This document shows positions 50,711-62,700 of a stretch of 64,000 bases of DNA, piece by piece. The stretch spans positions 32,621,016 to 32,685,015 of the forward strand of contig NC_092374.1 in the NCBI RefSeq assembly GCF_030028105.1, written 5' to 3'. The translations under genes were made by a program, and so were the position numbers. The notes beneath the pieces were generated by a model, which made no database searches, was not told the DNA's origin, and saw only the letters and a program-made list of their open reading frames with translations. Source of the DNA: Mobula birostris (taxonomy: Eukaryota). Every line of letters starts with the position of its first letter. The first letter of the stretch is position 1.

Positions 50711-53700
50711 TAAGGAATTGAAATGCCTTTGTAGTTTATGTCCGTTCAGTGCTGGGTGCTGATATGCTGCAAGCTGGTAACGTTAGTAAAGAGGATGTGC
50801 TGGAATTTTAAAAAAATGGGAGAAGTGGACGGAATATTTCATCCATCAACTATCCAGCTCTTGGCTCCATCCCTCCCCCTCCTGTCTTCTCCTATCATTT
50901 TGGATCTCCCCCTCCCCCTCCAACTTTCAAATCTCTTACTAGCTCTTTCATCAGTTAGTCCTGACGAAGGGTCTCGGCCTGAAACGTCGACTGTACCTCT
51001 TCCTAGAGATGCTGCCTGGCCTGCTGCGTTCACCAGCAACTTTGATGTGTGTTGCTTGAACTTCCAGCATCTGCAGAATTCCTTGTGTGGATGGGCTATT
51101 CCCCAGGTTACTTAGGGAAGCGAAGGAAGAGATGCTGCTTCTTTGGTGATCTTTGTGTCTTCGCTGGCCATAGGAGTAGAATCAAATGATTGGAGGGTGG
51201 CAAATGCCATTCCTTTGTTCAAGAAAAGGAGTAGGGAGTTTTTCTTCAGTTATAGGCAAATTATTGGAGAGGATTCCTAGAGGTAGGGTTTACGGGTATT
51301 AAATGGAGAGGCATAGTCTGAATAGGGATGGTCAGCATGGTTTTGAGAGGGGCAGATCATGACTCCCAAGTCTGATTGAACTCTTTGAGGATGTGATACA
51401 ATGCATAATGAAGATAGTGCACTTGAGGTGTACGTGGTTTTTAGTAAGACCTTTGACAGTGTTCCCCGCGGTAGGTTCATTTGGAAAGTCAGGTGGCATT
51501 CAGAATTGGCTTGCCACAGAAGACAGAGAGTGGTAGGAGATCTCGCGTATTCTGCTGGAGCTCAGTGTGCTGTGGGGTTCTGTTCTGGGAATTCTCTTTG
51601 GGATTTTTATAAATGACTTGGACGAGAAAGTGGCAGATGGAGTTCAATTTGGAAAAATGTGACGTGATATACTTTGAAGGTCGAACGGCTGGATTTATTA
51701 GTGTGGAGGAACAGAGGGATTTTGAAGTCCACTTCCACAGATGTACAAGGTTGCTGTACAAGTTAATAGGGAGGTGAAGAAGGCATGTAGAGTATTGTCC
51801 TTTACTTGTTGGGAGATTGAGTTCAAGAACCGTGAGGTAATGTTGCAGCTCTGGTTAGTCTATACTTGGAGTATTGTGTTCATTTCTGGTTGCCTCATTA
51901 TAGGAAGGATATGGAAGCTTTTGAGGGGGTGCAGAGAGATTTACCAGGATGTTAACAACAGGAATTCTGCAGATGCTGGAAATCCAAGCAATACACATCA
52001 AAGTTGCTGGTGAACGCAGCAGGCCAGGCAGCATCTCTAGGAAGAGGTACAGTCGACGTTTCAGGCCGAGACCCTTCATCAGGACTAACTGAAGGAAGAG
52101 TTAGTAAGAGATTTGAAAGTTGGAGGGGGAGGGGAGATACAAAATGATAGGAGAAGACAGGAGGGGGAGGGATGGAGCCAAGAGCTGGACAGGTGATTGG
52201 CAAAGGGGATATGAGAGAATCATGGGACAGGAACCAGAGGATGGGCAAGGGGTATGGTCAGAGGGAGAAAAAGGAGAGTGAGAGAAAGAATGTGCATACC
52301 CCACCTCCCCCTCGTACCCCATCCGTTATTTATTTTTATACACACATTCTTTCTCTCACTCTCTTTTTTCTCCCTCTGTCCCTCTGACTATACCACTTGC
52401 CCATCCTCTGGTTCCCCCCCCCTTGTCTTTCTCCCCGGATCTCCTGTCCCATGATCCTCTCATATCCCCTTTGCCAATCACCTGTCCAGCTCTTGGCTCC
52501 ATCCCTCCCTCTCCTGTCTTCTCCTATCATTTTGTATCTCCCCCTCCCACTTTCAAATCTCTTACTAACTCTTCCTTCAGTTAGTCCTGATGAAGGGTCT
52601 TGGCCTGAAACGTCGACTGTACCTCTTCCTAGAGATGCTGCCTGGCCCGCTGCGTTCATCAGCAACTTTGATGTGTGTTGTTTACCAGGATGTTGCCTGG
52701 ATTAGAGAACATTCCTTATTAGGAAGGGTTGAGCGACCTACAGCTCTTTGGAGCAAAGGATGAGAGGTCACTTGACAGAGGTGAACAAGGTGATAAGACG
52801 CATAGATACAGTGGATAGCCAGAAACTTTTTTCCAGGGTTGGAGTGGCTAACACCAGGGAGTGTGATTTTAAGGTGATTGGAATAAAGTGTGTGGGCACG
52901 TGGCCAAGTGGTTAAGGCATTCGACTAGTGACCTGAAGGTCGTGAGTTCGAGCCCCAGCCGAGGCAGCATGTTGTGTCCTTGAGCAAGGCACTTAACACA
53001 CAGTGTTCTGCGAAGAAACTGGTGCCAAGCTGTATTGGCCCTTGCCCTTCCCTTGGACAACATCGGTGTCATGGAGAGGGGAGACATGCAGCGTGGGCAA
53101 TTGCTGGTCTTCCATATAACCTTGCCCAGTCCTGTGCCCTGGAGAGTGAAGAATTTCCAGGCACAGATCCATGGTCTCACAAGACTAACGGATGTCTTTA
53201 ACGGAGTAAAGTATACGGCGATGTCGGAGGTACTTTTTTTTTTTTAGAGTTTCAGTGTGTGGTGTGCATTGCCAGGATTGTGATAGAGACCGATATGTTG
53301 TAAGGGCATTTAAGAAACCTAGGCACATGCATGAAAGAAAAATGGAAGGCTATAGGGGAGGGAAAGGTTATATTGATCTTAAATTAGGTTGAAAGGTCAG
53401 CACAACTTTGTGGGCCAAAGGTCCATTACTGTGCTGTACTGTTTACATTCTATATGAATAAGGTTATAAAAGGATACCAGATATGTTAAAGTGCAAAAAT
53501 CTGGCAAACTACAATGTAGTAAAAATGTAAGATTGTCCATTTTCAAATAAATAATAAAGAAACACATGGCTAAATGATAGATTGGAGGAGATGCAACAGA
53601 ATGCTTAAATGTAGACAGAGTAAGGTATTAGGAAGACTAACCATCTTAAGGTTTATTTTGAAATAATTGAATGCAAAAATTGATATCCATTTTTCAGTTC

Positions 53701-56700
53701 TATGGGGTATTCATGTAACTACACTTGGAGTATTATGTACAGTATTGATCTCCTTAGAATCACATGCTCTGTTGGGCCATCGAGTGCCTACCTATAGTAG
53801 AGATACAAGAGACTACAGATGCTTTAATCTGGAGTATAAAATAAACTGCTGGAGAAACTCGGCAGGCCAGGCAGCATGTGCAAAGGGCGGGGGGGGGGGG
53901 GGGGCGGTACCTGTCCTAATTCAGTTTACCAGCATTTAGTTCTGTGTCTTGGTGATTCAAGTGCTTACCCAAATACTACTTAAATGGGTGGGAGTACCTG
54001 ACTTCACCACCTCAGACAGCCCCTTCAAATTGCAGCCACACTTCGGGTGAAAATATTTTTCCTCAGAATGCAGCACTGTGCACTTATCAAGGTTGAATGA
54101 CAGTTGTGATTGTTTGGTGCACCTTTCTAGGTGATCAATATCATCTTATAACCTAAGACTGTTCTCATTACTATTGTTAGGACAACCAATTTTCATGTCA
54201 TATTCAAACTAATACCTCCTATAATCATATTCAAATCAGTCATGCATAGGACAAATAGTAAGGTTTCAAAGGTACATTTAATGCCAGAGAAATGTATACA
54301 ATACATATCCTGAAATGTTTTTTCTTCGCAACCATCCACGAAAACAGAGGAGTGCCCCAAGGAGTGAATGACACTTAAATGTTAGAACCCCACAGCCCCC
54401 CAGCTCCCCCCTCCCATGCGTAAGCAGCAGCAAAGCAACAATCCCACCGACAAAAGAAAAAGCATCGGCGCCCACCACCAAGCACTCAAGCATGTATCAA
54501 AGACAGACTTGCAGTACCCGAAAGACTACTCATTCACCTGGTATTCGACATACCACAGGCTATCTCTGTCCCTAATGAGGGAAGAAGAAGTGTCTCTGTT
54601 TCACAGCAAGAGGGGAGACATAACAAACAACTCGCTGATTACGATGTTGAAAGTCTGTTGCGTCGCTTTTTCCGAGCTCTGTGCCCAAAGATCTCAGGTC
54701 TCTGGGCACATAGCCAGAGATCTTCTGTCTCCCACGCTACACCGATTTCCTGCCAGGACACCAACCTTCGGTCCACCCATCTCCAGAGCCACGAGATCCT
54801 GGAACTCTGAAGGTGAGCTAATCTCTTAGGCTGCATCCTCGGCATATCGAATAACGGCCAGTCGTGAAACTCTGAGAGCAGGTCCCATTCCCGCAAAGAA
54901 CCCAAGTCAGCGTCTAATTCCAGGTCAGAGTCTTCAAAAGAACCCTGGAAGGGAAGAATAGAGATATTAAAGATAGAAATAGAGCTGTTTCCGAAGATGC
55001 AAGCAAAGGAGGCGCCATTGTAAGGGTCCCAACATGAGTCAAAGAGTCGTACAGCATAGAAATGATATTTCCTACTGTATGCATGATGACCTTTTTGCCC
55101 ATCTATCTATTTGCCCACATTAGGAATGTTCTTTCAAAGCTCTGCCTTTTTAAATATTTGTTTCTCTCACTGACAAAGCCATGCTTCCTATCTTTGATCT
55201 ACCCCTCCCTTTCCAAGTATTAATCATGTTTCTCATAACTTTTATTTTAACTGAAGTTAGACTCATGGGCCTGTAATTACCTGATTAGTGCCTGGCAGGC
55301 CACCTTGAATAAAGGTAACACATTTGCTATCCTCTAATTATAACCTCTAGTTAGTAGAGGTTCTTTTTTTTTTCTCTTTTTTTTTCAAAAAAAAATTATT
55401 AACACTTTATTCTTATTGATATATTGCTTAGCTTTGTTAATCAGTTATTTGCTAATTTAATACTTTATTGTATATATTGACACATTGACTTGATTATCTT
55501 AATGTATTTTTTGTTGATCTTTAATAATAATTAAAAAAGGTTTTAAAAATGAAATAACCTATGGCCAGTGAAGATGTGAAAATCTCTATCACAACCCCAG
55601 CAATCTCTTTTCTAGAATACATCTCATGAGGCCTGAGGATTTATATATCTTTATATAGAGTAAACATCTAAAGCAATCTCCTTTTTAATATCAGCATTGA
55701 TTGAAATATCCGTGTTCCTCTCCATGAAACCTGCAACTACAATGTCTTTCTCATCCGAATGCATATGAGAAGTGTTCATTTAAGCCCTCATCAACATAGC
55801 CCCATGCACAGATTGCCTCGTGATTCCTAATGGGGACCCTGCTTACCCGCTTTTTAATATAAAATGCCCAGGGGAATTTTCTTAATCTGTCAGAGATGTT
55901 TCATGGCCCCACTTCATACTAATTTAGTTTTGAAGTCCTCTCCTACATGTTCTGTACTCCTGAAGGGCCTTGCCTTTTTTTCCAGTGTTTATTCCTGCCA
56001 TCCGCTTCCTTTTTTAAACCTTATCAAATCCTCTATCCCTTGACCTCTTGGGCTTAGCTTCCCTGATTTCACTTTTGCAGGCTGAACTCTCACTGTTTCA
56101 CTTTTAAGGGACCCCTATTTGTTAGATGTAGGTTTACCCTTGGATAACTTTCCCCTCTGCCTCTGCCAAATCCTGTTTATGATATTGAAACTGGTCTTCC
56201 CTCTCCAACCAAGATCACCTTTATCCCTTTCTACAACTATCCTGAAACTTAGTGTTTTGATTAGTATCCTCAAAGTGCTCACCCACAGTTCAGTACTGCC
56301 TCTCCTCTATTAGGAATATCTATATACAGTTGTCACTTTTCTTATAGTACCTTTGATGTCCATTCACTTTCTGTTTCCATGCTGGTGATTCTAGCCCTCT
56401 ACCAACTAGGTTGTTCACAACTTTGGTGTCACAGTAGATCAAAAGAGTTAAGTTTGTATTTAGGCCACTACTGTTCAATTTGTCTATCATGTTGGTTTCC
56501 AGTTGAACAGTATCTTGATTTTAAAATTCTCATATTTGATTTAGAAGTTCCTTTCCGGTCTTCTTTCCATCTTTTTAATTCCTTCCAGCTATGTAACTGA
56601 GATATCTAGACCCCATCCATTCTAGCTTTTGAACATGCCTGAATTTAATGGTTCATTTAATTTACCTTACTCTCAGTTTGAAAGGCTTTAAGTTGTGGAA

Positions 56701-59700
56701 AGTCCTCTCTAGTTTCCTCTACCTTAATCCTTAAAAGCCATTTGTTTAGCCAAGCCTTTGCTAAACTCCATTATCTTTTGCATACCTTCACATTAATAAT
56801 TTAATGGGTAGTGATAGTGTGAGGTGCACATTTTTGCTCTACTAAAAGTGCTATGTAAATAGAAGATGTGTGCCAGCTAATATTCATACCTGAATTACAA
56901 AAATCATCTGCTCATTATTATACTGTTATCACCCAGTGTGGGGTGTGCATAATACCCACTAATAATACACATTAATTAAATTTTTACAGCTCTTCTTAAG
57001 GATGTGATTTATAGTTCTGATGTACCACTCCACCCTGGAGATTCCTTGGCTTATTTCTGTTCCTAATTGGAATAATTTACTGCACACTTTAAAATTTGTA
57101 TGTTCACATTATTTGATATCTTGCAATAGCCTATCTACAGTATTTTCTAATATTTATAGAACAGAAAGATCTATCCTACAAAAGCTTGGCAGTTCCTGTA
57201 TGAAGCTGGGACAGTTGGCACTTGATAATTTCCATGTAACACCAACTGTTGAACAAGAAAATGCTACCGTAATGGACTCTATTCTGCATCTTATGTGGTG
57301 AGTAATGGCTGTGCATTTAGTGAGATACAGTAGATTTTCAATATCCCATCACAGCAGAATTATTAATCATAATGATTTTTTGTTGATTTCTATTAGAGCA
57401 TTAGAGTTTCCAGCCATAGTCTCCTTTTTAATTAATAGAGTGGAGAGCAAGAGGAAGGCACAATATCCCCGAAAGGTCTTTGGAGGATGATGCAAATGGA
57501 AAATCAAAACTGGCCAAGGAAATTACTCTTAATTTCTTAAATTTGGTAATATTGTAGGAAAGTAAAAACACATTGTATTGGGATGAATATTAAATTCATT
57601 AAAATTCCATGCTGCAAGGCCGTGCCATGTACATGTGGGATTGATCTTATAGTAAAGCTCAATGCCACCTTCAGTCCCGAAAATTTGAAACAAAGGCAAG
57701 ACGTCTGATTTGTTTACTTTTATAGATGTAAAAATAACAATTGTTTTATGTTTTATATATTTTCTTGATAGGTTAAAGGATCAAGTAACCCAACAAACAC
57801 TGGAACTAGAAACTGGTGTGAAAGCTTGTAAGATGTTTTGAATTACCTTTTAAGTTATTTTGATTTGCTTCATTTCTTTGTGAAATTTGATCTCTGCAGT
57901 TATTATTTCTTCATAGAATCATAGCATGCTTCAGCACAGAAAAGGGTCCTTCGGCCCATCTAGTCTGTGCTAAACTTATTCAGCCTAGACCCATCAACCC
58001 GCACTTGGACCATAGCCCTTCGTACCCCTTTCATCCATGTATTTATCAAAGTTTCTCTTAAATGTTGAAATCAAACTCCCATCCAGCACTTCCACGTGCA
58101 GCTAGTTCCATACTTGCATAACCCTCTGAGTAAAGAAGTTTCCCCTCAGGTTTCCCCTTAAATATTTCATCTTTCACCCCCTAACCCAATCGATCGCCTC
58201 TGATCTGGGCCGACATTTATGTGCCAGGCGGCACCTAATTAATTAGCTTGTTTATTTTGGCTTTTTTCTTAAAGATGTGCTGGGTGCGTTCCGACTACCG
58301 CTGCATTCTTCGCGGCAATGTATCAGTCCGCGGCCCGGAGGTTGGGGCCCACTGCCCTAACCTATGACTTCTAGTTCTTGTCTCACCCAGTGTCAGTGGA
58401 AAAAGCCTGCTTGCATTTACCCTATCTATAATTTTGTATACCTCTATCAAATCTCCCTCATTCTCCTACACTCCAGGGAATAAATTCTGAACCTATTCAA
58501 CCTTTCCCTATAACCCAGGTCCTCAAGTCCTGGCAGCATCCTTGTAAATTTTCTCTGTACTCCTTCAATCTTAATATCTTTGCTGTTGGTAGGTGTACTG
58601 CATGCAATACTCCAAATTAGACCTCACCAATATCTTCTACAACTTCAACATTCACTGAACATGTTTAGAATAGAATAAAGTTCCTCTGTTTGATGTTATA
58701 GTTTGGAGAACTAACATTCATCCAGAATCTAGTGCATAAAAATTTCTAATGCAGGATTGAAGGAGTACTTCATTGGGGTGGTACTGTCCTTAGGGCAAAA
58801 CATTAAATGTAAGTTCTATATATACTTTTGACTGGACATAAAGGATTGCATAGTGCCATTTTGAAGGAAGACGGTGGAGATGGAGATGTTTTTTGTGGCC
58901 TGACCAGTATTTGTCTCCATTAGTATTACTGCAACAGATTATTTAGTCATTATCCTGTTGCTGTTTGTTAGAACTGGCTGTGTGAAAGTTGTTTGCCTTG
59001 TTTTCTATGTTGTAACAAGGACTGCATTCCCATAGACAGGAGAAAATCTGTAGATGCTAGAAATCCAAACAACACACATCAAAATGCTGGAGGAACTCAG
59101 CAGGCCAGGCAGCATCTATGGAGAAGAGTACAGTTGACGTTTTGGGCCAAGACCCTTCAGCAGGACAGCTGAATTTCTCCAGCATTTTGTGTGTGTTGCT
59201 TGCATTCCCATGTTGTTTTATTGGTGGCAAAATGCTTTAGAATGTCCTAGGATCTAGATGTATGTTATAGTATTGTACTTTATTTTATTTTGCCTTTTCC
59301 TCCTTTATGTGAAACCATAGAAACTACAGCACAGAAACAGGCCTTTTGGCCCTTCTTGGCTGTGCCAAACCATTTTCTGCCTAGTCCCACTGACCTGCAC
59401 ACAGACCATATCCCTCCATACACCTCCCATCCATGTATCTGTCCAATTTATTCTTAAATGTTAAAAAAGAACCCGCATTTACCACCTCGTCTGGCAGCTC
59501 ATTCCATACTCTCACCACTCTCTGTGTGAAGAAGCCCCCCCTAATGTTCCCTTTAAACTTTTCCCCCCTCACCCTTAACCCATGACCTCTGGTTCTTTTC
59601 TCCCCTAGCCTCAGTGGAAAAAGCCTGCTTGCATTCACTCTATCTATACCCATCATAATTTTATATACTTCTATCAAATCTATTGTTTAATTGCCCTAAC

Positions 59701-62700
59701 ACCGGGTTGTCCCCTGCACTAGGATTTGAGCCCCAGCACGTCGATATGCTCTCGGCCTGGACCCTGTTGCCACGTTCTGACCCATACCTGACGTTTACAG
59801 ATCAACCTGGCATTTAGATCGATCCAACCTCATTCCTGGTTTAGGTGGACAGACTTCGAAACTCCTCTGTTCTGGCTCCTCTCCAATTTGCTTGCTCCAA
59901 CTCCAGCTCCAACTCCATCTCCAACTCCATCTTGAACATGCCTTGGCCTCGCTCCAGTCACTTCTTGTCGAACATGCCCTGCTCTGACTTGGCATTGCAC
60001 CCGCATGCCTCGACCGTCGAGTCAGCCTTGGCTTTGCGCGCCTTTTCATTGTTTACGATGATAGCTTACCACAATTTACCCCAGAAAAAGTGTTATTAAT
60101 GAAGTATTTAATTGTATTTCATGCTTTATGAACCACCAGTAAGCTGTTGCCCAATGTCAGTAGCGCCATCTTAAGCAGGAAGAGCATAAAGATTCATCTT
60201 CCATAGCCAGTTAAATTCATAGAGTAATACAGCATGGAGGTGGGCCATTCAGCTTAATTCATCCATGTCAACCAAGATGCATATCTAACTAATCCCATTT
60301 GCCTATGTTTGGTCCATATCATTATAAACTTTTCCTATCCATGCACCAGTCCAACTGTCTTTCGTGTTGTAATTTTTCCTGCCTCTAACACTTCCCCTGG
60401 CAGTTTGTTCCATATACCCACCTCCTCTGTGGGAAATTCATGTTCCTCAGATCTCTTTAGGCCCCCAGCCTTGATTTACTGTTGGCTCTCTTGGTCTGAT
60501 GTCTGATTATGAGTTAAAGACCCATTCAATCAAATCTGATGCAGTACCATAATGCATTGTTACGTTGTCTGGGGAATTGCATTTCAGGTGAGATGTTCAG
60601 CAAAGTCTGATCTCCCCTACGTTATCACAGTTATTCTATTCTACTTTGAAAGTACTTTGCTGGCTTAGAAATGCTCTGATATCAGGAAACATGCTTTTTT
60701 ACTTTTCGGATTTAACGCTTAATAAAATTTATGTTAATCCAAAGTCTGCTCACCTATTACACATTTCACAGTTTGAGGATATTGTATTTTGTGCTTTGTT
60801 CTCCAAAATCACTCTATAAAATTGCTAGTTTCCCCTTTATGTAATTTTCTTGAGTTTGCTTTCTCCTCTTGCCCTCCAACGTCAACAGTGCTCTGATTTC
60901 CTCAAACTGCTGTCTGGAATATAATTCTCCGGAACTTCCGCCATCTCCAATGGGATGCCACCACCAAGCGCATCTTTCCCTTCCCCTCCCCCTACTTCAC
61001 CATTCTCCATCCCCTTTTCCCTCTCTTGCGTTATCTCCTTGCCTGCCCATCACCTCCTTCTGGTGCTCCACCCACCTTTTCTTTCTTCCATGGCCTTCTG
61101 TCCTCTCTTATCAGATTTCCCCCTTCTCCAAACCCTGTATCTCTTTCACCAACAACTTCCCAGCTCTTTACTTCATCCCTCCCCCTCCCGGTTTCACCGA
61201 TCTCCTTGTGTTTCTCTCTCCCCTCCCCCCACCTTTTAAATCTCCTCATCTTTTTTCTTCAGTCCTGCTGAAGGGTCTCAGCCTGAAATATTGACCATAC
61301 TTTTTTCCATAGATGCTGCCCCGCCTGCTGAATTCTTCCAGCATTTTGTATGTGTTGTCTGGAATATACTTTACCATTTCTTACATCCTTCCATATGTAG
61401 ATTTCTCTCCTTTCTCTTCTGTTGCTTTCTATATTCATTGTTTAAAACGTTCATTATTTATTAACATTTACTATGTTGCATAGCTGAAAGTAAGAAGGGA
61501 GCTGCCTCTTCGGCCTCTTTTTTAAAAAAAAATGCACTATGTTCCTCTTTCAACAGCTCTCTAAAATAACTCACTATGATAGGTTATTTTATTTCTTTAC
61601 TTGCTGCATTCTTCAGCTAAGTAGCTGGTATCGTGTGCATTATAATAGAAACATGGAACATCTACAGCACAATACAGGCCCTTCGGCCCACAACGCTGTG
61701 CCGAACATGTACTTACTTTAGAAATTACCTAGAGTTACCCATAGTCCTCTATTTTACTAATCTCCATGTACCTATCCAAGAGTCTCTTAAAAGACCCTAT
61801 TGTATCCACCTCTACCACCGTCACCAGCAGCCCATTCCATGCAATCACCACTCTCTGTGTAAAAAAAAAGTATCCCCTGACGTGTCCTCTGTACTTACTT
61901 CCAAGCACCTTAAAACTATGCCCTCCCGTGTTAGCCATTTTAGCCCTGGGAAAAAGCCTCTGACTATCCACACGATCAATGCCTCTCATCATCTTGTACA
62001 CCTCTTTCAGGTCACCTCTCATCCTCCGTCGCTCCAAGGGGAAAAGGCCAAGTTCACTCAATCTACTCTCATAAGGCCTGCTCCCCAATCCAGGCAACAT
62101 CCTTATAAATCTCCTCTTCACCTTTTCTATAGTTTCCACATCCTTCCTGTAGTGAGGTGACCAAAACTGAGCACAGTACTCCAAGTGGGGTCTGACCAGG
62201 GTCCTATATAGTTGTAACATTACCTCTCGGCTCTTGAACTCAATCCCACTGTTGATGAAAGCCAATACACCATATGCCTTCTTAACCACACAGTCAACCT
62301 GCGTAGCAGTTTTGAGTGTCCTATGGACTCTGATCATCCACACTGCCAAGAGTCTTACCATTAATACTATATTCTGCCATCATATATGACATACCAAAAT
62401 GAACCACCTCACACTTATCTGGGTTGAACTCCATCTGCTACTTCTTAGCCCAGTTTTTCATCCTATCGATGTCTCGCTGTAAACTCTGACAGCCCTCTAC
62501 ACTATCCACAACACTCCAACCTTTGTGTCATCTGCAAATTTACCAACTCATCCTTCCATTTCCTTATCCATGTCATTTATGAAAATCACGAAGGGAAAGG
62601 GTCCCAGAACAGATCCCTGAGGCACGCCACTAGTCACTGACCTCCATGCAGAATATGGCCTGTTTACAGCCACTCTGCCTTCTGTGGGTGAGCCAGTTCT

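Larger units (their letters stand above)
51954..52680. mobile_element. Non-coding Penelope derivative made of two inverted pLTRs
   Basis: Arms ~51985-52300 and ~52335-52680 are reverse complements; 14-bp TSD TTTACCAGGATGTT (51940-51953 / 52681-52694). Confidence 0.9.
51090..53460 (+). mobile_element. Degenerate CR1 LINE carrying nested Penelope and SINE insertions
   Basis: CR1 RT motifs, interrupted at 51954-52680 and ~52890-53200. Confidence 0.8.
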
